A stretch of DNA of 64,000 bases. It comes from an uncultured virus (IMG/VR IMGVR_UViG_3300020050_005616). Lineage: Duplodnaviria; Heunggongvirae; Uroviricota; Caudoviricetes. Below, piece after piece: positions 1-8,897 of the stretch. Each line of letters starts with the position of its first letter. Within the stretch, counting starts at the first letter, position 1. The position numbers were made by a program, and so were the translations under genes. Below the pieces are notes generated by a model. It did no database searches. It was given only the letters and a program-made list of their open reading frames with translations, and was not told the origin of the DNA. The stretch is taken from the IMG/VR virus record IMGVR_UViG_3300020050_005616; one strand, given 5' to 3'.

Positions 1-64
1 TTCTAATAACAAAAACGTAGATGTGATGCTTCCCATAATAGAACAGCACACATCTCTTTTTTCC

Positions 65-111
65 GAGATGGTTCCCCTCACCTCCTCTCCCTCCTCGAGG
101 GGAAGCTTCTC
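65..111 (+). other. GC-rich stem-loop (TTCCCCTC/GAGGGGAA) with a pyrimidine-rich loop, upstream of the tRNA
   Basis: Perfect 8-bp inverted repeat 72-79/97-104, extended by GAGA/TCTC. Loop is ACCTCCTCTCCCTCCTC. Confidence 0.5.
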
Positions 112-176
112 AAATAGAGTGTTTGAAATGGATAGTATCCAGGTTCAGGTTCCTTCGGTGGGACCACTCTACAAAT

Positions 177-248
177 TGCGATTTAGTGTAACTGGTCAGC
201 ACATTGGGCTCATAACCCAGAAGCGAGGTTCGAGTCCTCAATTCGCTA
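177..248 (+). tRNA. tRNA-Met(CAT), initiator (fMet)-like, with several stem mismatches
   Basis: Cloverleaf by eye: D arm GTGT-AACTGGTCA-GCAC; anticodon arm TTGGG-CTCATAA-CCCAG with three consecutive G-C pairs; T arm GAGG-TTCGAGT-CCTC; unpaired 1:72. Followed by CAA rather than CCA. Confidence 0.8.
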
Positions 249-283
249 CAAATTAAAACCAATTTTTAAAATTAAACTACATT

Positions 284-1255
284 ATGGGTAAGACAGGTAA
301 AATTTCTACTATTAAGAGAGACTATTCAAATAGTGCTCAACTTCAAACAATGGATAGTGGACTATCACAAAAAGGAATGACAAGAATCCCTGGAACAGGA
401 GTATTCAAATATCCTTATAAAGAATTAGATGGTAAATATAGAACAGGCTTAGATGAGAATGCTTCTTATATTAAACGAATTCAAGATCCTTTAGAAAAAG
501 AATTAGAAATCGAAAGAGTAAAAGCTCTTAGAACAAAACTTGAAAATGAAATAGGTGATATTGATTTAGGACCTAGATCACAATTCTGGAACTACGGATT
601 ATCATTATCAACAGATGATCAGACTCACGTTCAGTCAGTTAAGTTATTAGATGGTGATAATTATTTTGATCTATCAGTTCCTTTCCAAGAAATTGCTTTT
701 TCATGGTTAAGAGTACATCCTACTATTGCTTCTAGCTATCAAGCTTGGGAAAGAGGAGAATATGCTGCTGACACACAATTTTATGTTGTGGATGATGAGA
801 TTGAAAATGCAGTGATCTACAAGAAAAAACAATTGATCAACAAAGCTATTGTTAAGTTTGATTCTATGACTCCTGAGAAGAAGAAAAAAGTTGCAAGACT
901 TTTAGGTCTTCCAGTAACAGAAGAAACAAAAGAAGAAGTAGTTTACAACTTAGTAGATAATGTATTGAAACAAACAGAATTCAAGAATGGTAAATATTCA
1001 GGATTGAGTCCAGTTGAAGTGTTCAATAGATTTGCAGATATGAAAGATGCCTTACTCCATATTAAAGATTTAGTTAAACAAGCTATAACACATTCAATAT
1101 ATAGAAGCAAACCTAATGGTAAGATTTATGAAGGTGAGTTTGAAATAGCTAAAGACGAAGAAGATTTAATTAGATTCTTAGCTGATGATGATAACCAAGA
1201 TGAGTTATTAATATTAGAAGGTAAATTGAAAACTAAAAAACTAGCTGCTATTTAG
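284..1255 (+). CDS. Conserved crAss-like protein of the block following the major capsid gene (function unknown)
   Basis: 323-aa ORF at the head of a crAss-like structural gene order (synteny inference). Confidence 0.6.
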   Translation: MGKTGKISTIKRDYSNSAQLQTMDSGLSQKGMTRIPGTGVFKYPYKELDGKYRTGLDENASYIKRIQDPLEKELEIERVKALRTKLENEIGDIDLGPRSQFWNYGLSLSTDDQTHVQSVKLLDGDNYFDLSVPFQEIAFSWLRVHPTIASSYQAWERGEYAADTQFYVVDDEIENAVIYKKKQLINKAIVKFDSMTPEKKKKVARLLGLPVTEETKEEVVYNLVDNVLKQTEFKNGKYSGLSPVEVFNRFADMKDALLHIKDLVKQAITHSIYRSKPNGKIYEGEFEIAKDEEDLIRFLADDDNQDELLILEGKLKTKKLAAI

Positions 1256-1265
1256 TAGCTGGTTT
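1238..1265 (+). terminator. Hairpin overlapping the stop codon (possible terminator or processing site)
   Basis: AAACTAGCTGCTA-TT-TAGTAGCTGGTTT inverted repeat. Confidence 0.45.
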
Positions 1266-1281
1266 AAAAAAATAAAAGAAT

Positions 1282-2013
1282 ATGATTCCAGTAGATAGTT
1301 TATTATACAAGATCGATCAGAAACTAAATAAACTATCAACTAATGAGCACCAACAAATTCAATTAGAAGACAAAATCTTAGCTTTGAATGAGGCTCAGAT
1401 TAAGTTGATAAAACAAAAGATTGATGGAATAAGTATTGCTAGTCAATTAGGACAAGATTCATTTAAGAAACGTTATGAAGACTTACAAAGTCTTATAATG
1501 AATTATAATCATCAGCCTTTAGATCTTACATTAAAGAATGTTGAATTGAATCAATGGTGTACGTATGTACATCAACTTAGTCCACAATATATGTTCTACA
1601 TAGATTCATATATACTAGCAGACAAAGGTAGATGTAAAGATAGAAAGATCTGGATCAATAGAGATCTTGCTAAACATGGTGATCTTCAGTTTATATTAAA
1701 CAACGATCATTACAAACCAAGTTTTGAATATCAAGAAACATTCAACTCTTTATCATCAGATGAGATAAGTTACTTTACAGATGGTACATTTATCCCAACA
1801 AAAGTTTACATAATGTATATGAGATATCCAGTGTATATAAATAAGACAGGATATATTATGTTAGATGGTTTACCATCATTTGATCAAGATTGCGAACTTG
1901 AATTATATTTAGAAGATGAACTGTTAGATCTAACAGTACAAAATCTAGCAATGTATACTGAAAATTCTGCTGCAGTACAAAGTGCACAGTTCAGAATACA
2001 AACAAACGAATAA
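1282..2013 (+). CDS. Putative tail ring / head-tail connector protein (crAss-like)
   Basis: 243 aa. N-terminal helical segment (LNEAQIKLIKQ), Y.RYP motif and C-terminal CEL...EDELLDL.V pattern typical of crAss ring proteins; synteny. Confidence 0.6.
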   Translation: MIPVDSLLYKIDQKLNKLSTNEHQQIQLEDKILALNEAQIKLIKQKIDGISIASQLGQDSFKKRYEDLQSLIMNYNHQPLDLTLKNVELNQWCTYVHQLSPQYMFYIDSYILADKGRCKDRKIWINRDLAKHGDLQFILNNDHYKPSFEYQETFNSLSSDEISYFTDGTFIPTKVYIMYMRYPVYINKTGYIMLDGLPSFDQDCELELYLEDELLDLTVQNLAMYTENSAAVQSAQFRIQTNE

Positions 2014-2041
2014 TTTTTTTAACATTTAATAAATAAATAAA

Positions 2042-3208
2042 ATGGCTGATTTTTCATTAACCACGCTCTTCGTGGTTCCAGTAGGACAAACTGCACTTCC
2101 TAGTTCTGGCTCAACACAAAACTTGACTGCAGGACAAGTAGGTATTTTTAAAAGTAACTATGATTTGGCTACTGCTGCAAATATTGCTGCATCTCCTTAT
2201 TTCTACGTTGCTCAAGGTAGAACAAACACTTACCTTCAAGGATCTAAAAGATCTGACAGAATTTCTGGTAAAAACAATGCTGGTTCAGGACAAAACGTAA
2301 CTGAATGGTATAAAGTATCAGGATGCCCAACAGCTGCTAATCAAATTACTGATGTAACTGATTTCACTGTACAATGTGGAGAAGTTATCACGTTAACATT
2401 ACGTGCTTTCTCTAGCTACATTAGTACATTGTATTTCAATGGTTTCACTCGTTCGGTAACTATTCAAGCTCCTTGTTGTGATTGTGATGCTAATCCATGT
2501 GCTGATGTATCTACATCTACTATCATCGATGAGTTAATCTATCAATTAAACTTGAAAGCTCCAGGAAACAACCCTGACAACATTTCTTTCTCTACATTCT
2601 ATACATTTGAAAATGTAGGTGGAACTATTCTTCGTATTACAGGAAAACCATTAACACAATATGGTCAACCTTGTGATATCGCAGCGTTCCCTTTTGAATA
2701 TGACAGAATGTCTTTCAGAACATTTGTATATGCTGGTCCAGCTACTACTGCTGACTTTATTGTTGCTGATGCTTGTAACTTTGTTGCTCAACCTATCATC
2801 ACTCAACGTGCTTCTTATGCTTCAGGACAAACTGCAGAAATTGCTCAATTAGAGAAAAACTTCTACAGCTACCAAGCTGGGTATTTGAAACACCTTTACA
2901 GAATGAATGGATACAACGAGAACTTTGAGACTTGGGTATCTGGTGGAGTTACTTATGATACGTATTATATCAAATTCAATGAATATGATAAATCTGCATA
3001 TCAATGGGGTGATTACATTATGGAAGATTCTACAGTGATCATCGCTGCTCCAAACTCTGTAACAAGTGGTATTGCTGCTGCAATTGAAACTGTATTAGAA
3101 GCTGCTTTAGGAACTGTATTAGATAACAATGCTTGTATCACAACTACAACTACTACATCTAGTGCTCCTGCATCTACTACTACTACAACTTCTACTAACA
3201 TTCCTTAA
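2042..3208 (+). CDS. Putative auxiliary capsid (head decoration) protein with a C-terminal Thr-rich tail
   Basis: 388 aa with high-expression-like codon usage (many NNC codons, CGT) and a downstream hairpin. Ends CITTTTTTSSAPASTTTTTSTNIP. Position fits the crAss auxiliary capsid gene. Confidence 0.55.
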   Translation: MADFSLTTLFVVPVGQTALPSSGSTQNLTAGQVGIFKSNYDLATAANIAASPYFYVAQGRTNTYLQGSKRSDRISGKNNAGSGQNVTEWYKVSGCPTAANQITDVTDFTVQCGEVITLTLRAFSSYISTLYFNGFTRSVTIQAPCCDCDANPCADVSTSTIIDELIYQLNLKAPGNNPDNISFSTFYTFENVGGTILRITGKPLTQYGQPCDIAAFPFEYDRMSFRTFVYAGPATTADFIVADACNFVAQPIITQRASYASGQTAEIAQLEKNFYSYQAGYLKHLYRMNGYNENFETWVSGGVTYDTYYIKFNEYDKSAYQWGDYIMEDSTVIIAAPNSVTSGIAAAIETVLEAALGTVLDNNACITTTTTTSSAPASTTTTTSTNIP

Positions 3209-3242
3209 GGATAAGCAGAGTAGAAAATATTATTAAATAACC

Positions 3243-3290
3243 TATGCCAGGGGAAAGAGGATATCACTCATATTCCTCTGGCATATTTAT
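3243..3290 (+). terminator. Stem-loop, probable terminator
   Basis: TATGCCAG-GGGAA...TTCCT-CTGGCATA followed by TTTATT. Confidence 0.55.
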
Positions 3291-3299
3291 TAAAAAAAC

Positions 3300-3863
3300 A
3301 TGGCAAACTTACAATTAGATATATTAGTAGTTCCTACTTATAGTGTACTTACAATTGGTGTTGCAGATGCTTCTGTATATCCTACCAATCCTCCAGTGGT
3401 CTCAGCACCATCTATTGAGATTGAAATACCAGGATTTGGAACAAAGATATTACCTTTCGTTCCTAATGAAATCAATGTATTTACATCATCTAATTTGGGA
3501 ATAACAGATGTTGGTTGCAATCAACCTCTTCCTGATGGTGTATATAGATTAAGATATTCTGTGGCTCCTGCATATGCAAATTATGTAGAAAGAACAATAT
3601 TACGTGTTGAGAGACTTCAAGAAAAGTTTGACAATGCTTTCCTTCAATTAAATATGATGGAGTGTGATAGGGCCCTTAAAACTCAATCTAGCGTAACATT
3701 AAATACAATTAACTTTTTTATTCAAGGAGCAATTGCTGCAGCTAATAACTGTGCAGAATATGAATCAAATACATTATATGCTCATGCAGATAATATGTTA
3801 GACAATTTTCTTAAATCCAACTGTGGTTGTTCTGGTAATAACTACCAATTAAACTTTTATTAA
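3300..3863 (+). CDS. Structural protein, possible tail hub/collar subunit
   Basis: 187 aa with LPDGVY motif and C-terminal CGC; synteny with crAss hub genes. Confidence 0.45.
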   Translation: MANLQLDILVVPTYSVLTIGVADASVYPTNPPVVSAPSIEIEIPGFGTKILPFVPNEINVFTSSNLGITDVGCNQPLPDGVYRLRYSVAPAYANYVERTILRVERLQEKFDNAFLQLNMMECDRALKTQSSVTLNTINFFIQGAIAAANNCAEYESNTLYAHADNMLDNFLKSNCGCSGNNYQLNFY

Positions 3864-3865
3864 TT

Positions 3866-3961
3866 ATGGCACAATGTTCAAGCTGTGGAGCTAATGTAGG
3901 GTGCGGTTGTCAATTGACAAACGGAGTGTGTGCAGCATGTGCTGCTAAAGTGAATAAATAA
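3866..3961 (+). CDS. 31-aa Cys-rich peptide (MAQCSSCGANVGCGCQLTNGVCAACAAKVNK), missed by the ORF track
   Basis: ATG 2 nt after the previous stop. Six Cys in CxxC/CxC/CxxC arrangement. Fills the intergenic gap. Confidence 0.7.
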   Translation: MAQCSSCGANVGCGCQLTNGVCAACAAKVNK

Positions 3962-3975
3962 ATAAAATTGATATC

Positions 3976-4992
3976 ATGTTATCACCAAGACTAACAAATT
4001 GCCCAGAATGTTCTAACATTCCTGATTTACTTAAAAAAATAAATTGCAAGTTAGCAGAGCTTGGTAATAGTTTGTACAACAATATTTCATATATGTTGAA
4101 CCAACCTATACCTGCTGGTGACATTCTTCAATTAATAGCATATAGAAGGATACTTACTCACAAGTATTGTAATCCTAATTATGTGCATGAATACTCTGTA
4201 GCTATGATAGCTAGCAGAGTTATACGTATTACAGCAGGTTGTGTTAGTAGATGTAATGAACCTGAGCGTTGTTTAGAAGATCCTTGTGATATTGATGTAG
4301 TAGCAAATCCTACAATAACTACTACAACCACTGCAATGGTAGGTTGTAAATCATTTATATTATATAACACTGCGACTGTTGCAGAATCATTCTTGATTGG
4401 TAATTGTAATACAAGAGAACCACAAACAATAGTTTTACAAGGACTATCTAGTATTTGCATAAGCACATCAGTAACTCTTAATGTGTCACCAAATATTGTA
4501 GTGATAGATACAGATGAATGTACAACAACAACAACAAGTTCTAGTTCTACTAGTACTTCTACAACAAGTACAACAACAGCTTCACCTACAACAACTACTA
4601 CAACTACAATAGCTTGTAACTGTGTTACATTTACTAGTACAAGTAGAAGTTTAGTAGATATTGCTATATCATATATTAACTGCTCAGATGAGAATATTGA
4701 GGATTTTATTTCAGCAGAGGATGTATTACAATTCTGCGGATGTTGTGGAACAGCAGATAGTGAGTTAGTAATAATTACAGAAGGTTTACCTTGCATTAGT
4801 GGAGTGTGTCAAACAACTACTACTACTACTACTACTTTAACACCAACTACAACAACTACTAGTTCTTCAACATCTACAACAACTTCTAGTACTAGTACAT
4901 CTACTAGTACAACCACAACAACAACAACTACACCATTAGATTGTATATTTGAAGGATCTGCTGAAGAAATAACCACAACTACATCCCCATGA
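3976..4992 (+). CDS. Structural protein (possible hub subunit) with Cys-rich modules and poly-Thr/Ser linkers
   Basis: 338 aa. Helical N-terminus, two small Cys-rich domains and several Thr/Ser tracts. Confidence 0.6.
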   Translation: MLSPRLTNCPECSNIPDLLKKINCKLAELGNSLYNNISYMLNQPIPAGDILQLIAYRRILTHKYCNPNYVHEYSVAMIASRVIRITAGCVSRCNEPERCLEDPCDIDVVANPTITTTTTAMVGCKSFILYNTATVAESFLIGNCNTREPQTIVLQGLSSICISTSVTLNVSPNIVVIDTDECTTTTTSSSSTSTSTTSTTTASPTTTTTTTIACNCVTFTSTSRSLVDIAISYINCSDENIEDFISAEDVLQFCGCCGTADSELVIITEGLPCISGVCQTTTTTTTTLTPTTTTTSSSTSTTTSSTSTSTSTTTTTTTTPLDCIFEGSAEEITTTTSP

Positions 4993-6011
4993 CAGTACTA
5001 TTAACATTAACAACTGCAGGCTCTGATACAGGACCTTTTGATCTTTATTCTAATTTTGATTATCTTATTCCTTTTGAAACAGGAGTGAGTAAAATAGATT
5101 TAGAAGCAGGATATACAACAATAGTACCAGACTATGCTACAACTATTAGAATAACATCTACAGGAGATTGTATTAACTCTGTAGATATAACATTAAGTGC
5201 ATATACTTCTACAACAACAAGTAGTAGCAGTACATCTACTAGTACATCTACTAGCACTTCTACTAGTACTAGCACTTCTACTAGCACTTCTACTAGTACA
5301 TCTACTAGCACTAGCACTTCTACTAGCACTAGCACATCTACTAGTACTAGTACAACAACCACAACAACAACAATAGCACCAACAACAACCACAACAACAA
5401 CTTCTTGCCCTAATTGTATTTCTGGAGACCCAATTACAATTGGAACTCAACAATGGACAAATTGTAATTTAGATGTAACGACATATCGAGATGGCACGGT
5501 AATACCACAAGTTACAGATCCAACAGCATGGGCAGCCTTAACTACAGGAGCTTGGTGTTATTATAATAATAATTCAGCAAATGGCACTACTTATGGCAAG
5601 CTTTATAACTGGTATGCTGTAAATAATACTGCTAATGGTGGATTAGCGCCTGTTGGTTATCATGTACCAACAGACACAGAATGGACTGTATTAACAGATT
5701 ATTTAGATGCACAACTTCCTGCAGGAAATGTTGGTGGTAAAATGAAAGAAGCAGGATTGTGTCATTGGAATAGCCCTAATACAGACGCTACGAACAGTAG
5801 TGGCTTTACAGGTCTTCCGGGAGGGTCTCGCAACTTCAGTGGTACGTTCACCAGCGTTGGCACCAACGGTCTCTGGTGGAGTTCATCAGAGAGTGATACA
5901 GCAAACGCCTGGCTCCGCTACCTGAGTTATGACGACGGGTTTGCCACCAGAAACTACTTCAATAAGGCAGTCGGTTTCTCAGTAAGATTAATAGAAGATA
6001 ACTTAACTTAA
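4989..6011 (+). CDS. Decoration / receptor-binding protein: N-terminal 'GPF' anchor module, (ST)n stalk and C-terminal Fibrobacter succinogenes major paralogous (FISUMP, C-type-lectin-like) domain
   Basis: Motifs IGTQQW..CNL, YGKLYNWYAV, P.GYHVPT..EW, N.SGF..LPGG.R, G.WWSSS and G.SVR.I are characteristic of Fib_succ_major. Confidence 0.8.
   Translation: MTVLLTLTTAGSDTGPFDLYSNFDYLIPFETGVSKIDLEAGYTTIVPDYATTIRITSTGDCINSVDITLSAYTSTTTSSSSTSTSTSTSTSTSTSTSTSTSTSTSTSTSTSTSTSTSTSTSTTTTTTTIAPTTTTTTTSCPNCISGDPITIGTQQWTNCNLDVTTYRDGTVIPQVTDPTAWAALTTGAWCYYNNNSANGTTYGKLYNWYAVNNTANGGLAPVGYHVPTDTEWTVLTDYLDAQLPAGNVGGKMKEAGLCHWNSPNTDATNSSGFTGLPGGSRNFSGTFTSVGTNGLWWSSSESDTANAWLRYLSYDDGFATRNYFNKAVGFSVRLIEDNLT
5225..5400 (+). 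repeat. Tandem degenerate repeats (ACTAGY/ACWTCT units) encoding (ST)n followed by poly-Thr
   Basis: Directly visible tandem repeats. Similar tracts near 4520-4610, 4815-4930, 7950-8075 and 9120-9285. Confidence 0.85.
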
Positions 6012-6063
6012 TAACCACAACAACAACCATTACAATAGTTTAAATCTTTTAAAATAAAATAAT

Positions 6064-7182
6064 ATGTCAAATTGCTCAAATTGTTATAACGGATGTACAG
6101 AGATTGTCTCTGACAGATGTGTTAAATATACAGGAATAGATGTTCCTGTTCTAGGAATCCAAACTGGTGATTCTTTATCTTTTGTAGAACAAGCTCTTAT
6201 TACATTTCTTGTATCAACATTAGATGGTACAGGAATAAAAATAGATCTCACTGGAATAGATATCTGTGCTCTTGTACAAGCTAATCTTCCTACGTGTGGA
6301 GATATATCAATTGTAGATATATCAAAAGCATTTATTGCTTCTGCTTGTGATCTTCAAGAACAAGTTGATGCTATTGTTGCAGACATAGTAGTGATTAATA
6401 ATGATATAAATGTAATTGAAGCTGATTATACTGTAAGATGTCTTATAGAGGGAACACCTTCTATAACACCTTCTTCAGGAACACATGCTATTCTTCAGGC
6501 TACAATAGATACATTATGTGCATTAGTTTTAGAACTTCATACAAATTATTCAAGTAATGGTACTGAGTTAGATAATTATATTGCTAACTATTTAGCTACA
6601 CAGGGTGGCGGAGGTGGAGCTACAAAATATTATAACAGAATGATTCCTTATGCTGTAGTAGAATACTATGGTCCTATACCAGGTAACTTTGATGCTACAG
6701 GTGCAGGATTAGCAACAGGTCTTTGGGAAAAGATATATCTATGTAATGGTCAAAATGGTACACCAGATAAAAGAGGGAGAGTGGGTGTAGGTACAACAGA
6801 TGGATCTATGTTAGGATTAACATTACCAATTGATACTAACCCAGGTTCTTCTTCATTTAATCCATTATACACATTAGGTGGTTCAGCAGGAACATCAAAT
6901 CAAACAGTTCTTGGAGAAACGCAAATACCTGCACATACACATATAGGAACTATAGCTTCTAATGGTGAACATACTCATAATACAAAATATGGTGAAACTG
7001 GAGCAGGTACATTATATGCTGAATCTCCTTATACTAGTGATGCTTTTGGAGGAACTGCAGGATTAACCACATCTAGTGGAATTCATACACACAGTATATC
7101 AATTGCTTCTACAGGTGGCAATCTTGCTCATTCAAATGTTCAAGTTGGACTTGGTTGTTACTATATTCAATACAGACCTTAA
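6064..7182 (+). CDS. Tail fibre with Cys-rich N-terminal anchor, coiled coil and phage tail collar domain
   Basis: LCNGQNGTPDKRGRV.VG, GG...L...QIPAHTH and repeated HTH triads are typical collar/fibre-tip motifs. Confidence 0.75.
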   Translation: MSNCSNCYNGCTEIVSDRCVKYTGIDVPVLGIQTGDSLSFVEQALITFLVSTLDGTGIKIDLTGIDICALVQANLPTCGDISIVDISKAFIASACDLQEQVDAIVADIVVINNDINVIEADYTVRCLIEGTPSITPSSGTHAILQATIDTLCALVLELHTNYSSNGTELDNYIANYLATQGGGGGATKYYNRMIPYAVVEYYGPIPGNFDATGAGLATGLWEKIYLCNGQNGTPDKRGRVGVGTTDGSMLGLTLPIDTNPGSSSFNPLYTLGGSAGTSNQTVLGETQIPAHTHIGTIASNGEHTHNTKYGETGAGTLYAESPYTSDAFGGTAGLTTSSGIHTHSISIASTGGNLAHSNVQVGLGCYYIQYRP

Positions 7183-7196
7183 TAAATAAATAAAAT

Positions 7197-7580
7197 ATGG
7201 AATATCCTTTTTTACCAGTAAATCCTAGCTGCTCAAGTGTAGTTATAAATGATCCGTGTGGGTGTAGTTCTGTAATTAGTAATAGTGGTTGTAATAATAA
7301 TGATTCATGTTCAACTCTTATAACTGCCTCTAGCACTATTGTTTATGATGGTCCTGTATTATCATGTATAATTGCTGAGCCATGTGATACATTAAATGTT
7401 ATATTACAAAAGATTGATTCAATTATATGTAATTTACTTACTCAGATCAATACATTAAATATTCAAGTTAATAACATTGCTGATCAGGTATTGAATATTA
7501 ATAGTGAAATAATCACTATTAATAATACATTAGATCAATGTTTCACTACAACTACCACTACTACAACAATTCCAACATAA
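7197..7580 (+). CDS. Cys-rich anchor / coiled-coil protein with poly-Thr tail
   Basis: YDGP.L.C...CDTL..ILQKIDS.IC module shared with the neighbouring genes. Confidence 0.65.
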   Translation: MEYPFLPVNPSCSSVVINDPCGCSSVISNSGCNNNDSCSTLITASSTIVYDGPVLSCIIAEPCDTLNVILQKIDSIICNLLTQINTLNIQVNNIADQVLNINSEIITINNTLDQCFTTTTTTTTIPT

Positions 7581-7585
7581 ATAAA

Positions 7586-8494
7586 ATGGCTAATTGCTCT
7601 CAGATAAATAATACAATAATAATAGGAACGAGTGATGTTATATATGATAGCACTCCACTTCCTTGTACAAATATAAAAACTTGTGATGATTTAAATACAA
7701 TCCTTGCTAAGTTTGATAGTGTTATATGCTCTGCTGTAGCTAATGTAGCTACACTTAAAGAAGAGGTAACAAATATCACTGAGGATGTAATGATTATAAT
7801 AGAAGACATAATCAACATTAATGATCAGCTTAATATATGTTGTCCAACAACTACCACTACAACTACAGTGTTGAATTGTAATTTCAGTGGAACTGCTAAC
7901 AAGATATTGAATTGTTCATTTACTGGAACTGCTATTCAACCTCCAGTTTCTACAACAACAACAACTAGTAGTTCTAGTACAAGCACATCTACTAGTACGT
8001 CAACATCTACAAGCACTTCTACAAGCACATCTACTAGTACTACTGTAGTACCAACTACTACTACTACTACTACACCTATTCCTGTATCTACATTTTGTTA
8101 TGATGGTATTTGGGAACTAAATGACCCAAATCACCCAGGAGGTGGCTCTGTTACTTATATAAATAGTTTAGGAATAGAAACTACTATGAACAATATTTGG
8201 CTTGATAATCCAGTGAGTATTCAGGCTCAGTCAACAGGATTAAGCACTAATGGTGTTATTTCTATAACTTGTGAATCTACAACTACAACTACTACTACTG
8301 CTACATTAGTTTGTAGTGAGTATATTTTATATGGTCCTGGTGTTTCAGGAGAAGAAAATACTGTAACGTTTATAGATTGTGCAGGACAAGAAGATGGTAG
8401 AACAGCTATTGACTCTCAAAATGTACCTTTTTGTGCAAGTAGCATAACTGGTGGAGATGGAAGTGTTAGTTATATTGGTCCTTGTGGTGCATGA
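7586..8494 (+). CDS. Cys-rich anchor, coiled coil, Thr/Ser stalk and small Cys-rich domains (decoration protein)
   Basis: Start moved from 7538 to the ATG at 7586, which follows the previous stop. Paralogous N-terminus. Confidence 0.65.
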   Translation: MANCSQINNTIIIGTSDVIYDSTPLPCTNIKTCDDLNTILAKFDSVICSAVANVATLKEEVTNITEDVMIIIEDIININDQLNICCPTTTTTTTVLNCNFSGTANKILNCSFTGTAIQPPVSTTTTTSSSSTSTSTSTSTSTSTSTSTSTSTTVVPTTTTTTTPIPVSTFCYDGIWELNDPNHPGGGSVTYINSLGIETTMNNIWLDNPVSIQAQSTGLSTNGVISITCESTTTTTTTATLVCSEYILYGPGVSGEENTVTFIDCAGQEDGRTAIDSQNVPFCASSITGGDGSVSYIGPCGA

Positions 8495-8883
8495 TAGAAT
8501 TAATAAAGAAAATTTCTAAAGCTAAAGAAGATGTAGTATTTGTAGGAAGTGTATCTTTTTGGAATTTAAAATTAATAACTACTCCTCATGATATAGATAT
8601 AGTTGTTAAAGATTTAGATGGACTAGAAGTATTTGGTAAAATAGATACTTGGAATTCAGTTTCTCCTATGAGCATAAGTGGTAAAAGAGCTTGTATCAAA
8701 AGAGAAGATTACACTATAGATATTTTTATTGAAGATGTTTTCCCTGAGTTTACTATTGAGAATGGAATTAAATTTGAAACTTTAGAAGCTTGGAAAAAAT
8801 ATATGGATATAGTTATTGATTCTTCAGAAGGAGAATTCAAAGATAGAATGATAAAAAAGAAGAAAAAATATAATATAAATTAA
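8491..8883 (+). CDS. Small nucleotidyltransferase-like protein (Pol-beta superfamily)
   Basis: FVGS...PHDIDIVV and later IDIF acidic motif. ATGA overlap with the previous gene supports a start at 8491. Confidence 0.5.
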   Translation: MIELIKKISKAKEDVVFVGSVSFWNLKLITTPHDIDIVVKDLDGLEVFGKIDTWNSVSPMSISGKRACIKREDYTIDIFIEDVFPEFTIENGIKFETLEAWKKYMDIVIDSSEGEFKDRMIKKKKKYNIN

Positions 8884-8897
8884 TAAATAAAAACAAC

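Noticed and set aside
23..256. 77-aa ORF from the track
   Set aside because: Overlaps the tRNA and hairpins, has a non-ATG start and atypical composition.
5225..5400. Possible CRISPR array or noncoding satellite in the tandem repeats
   Set aside because: The repeats are in-frame coding microsatellites with no unique spacers; no cas genes seen.
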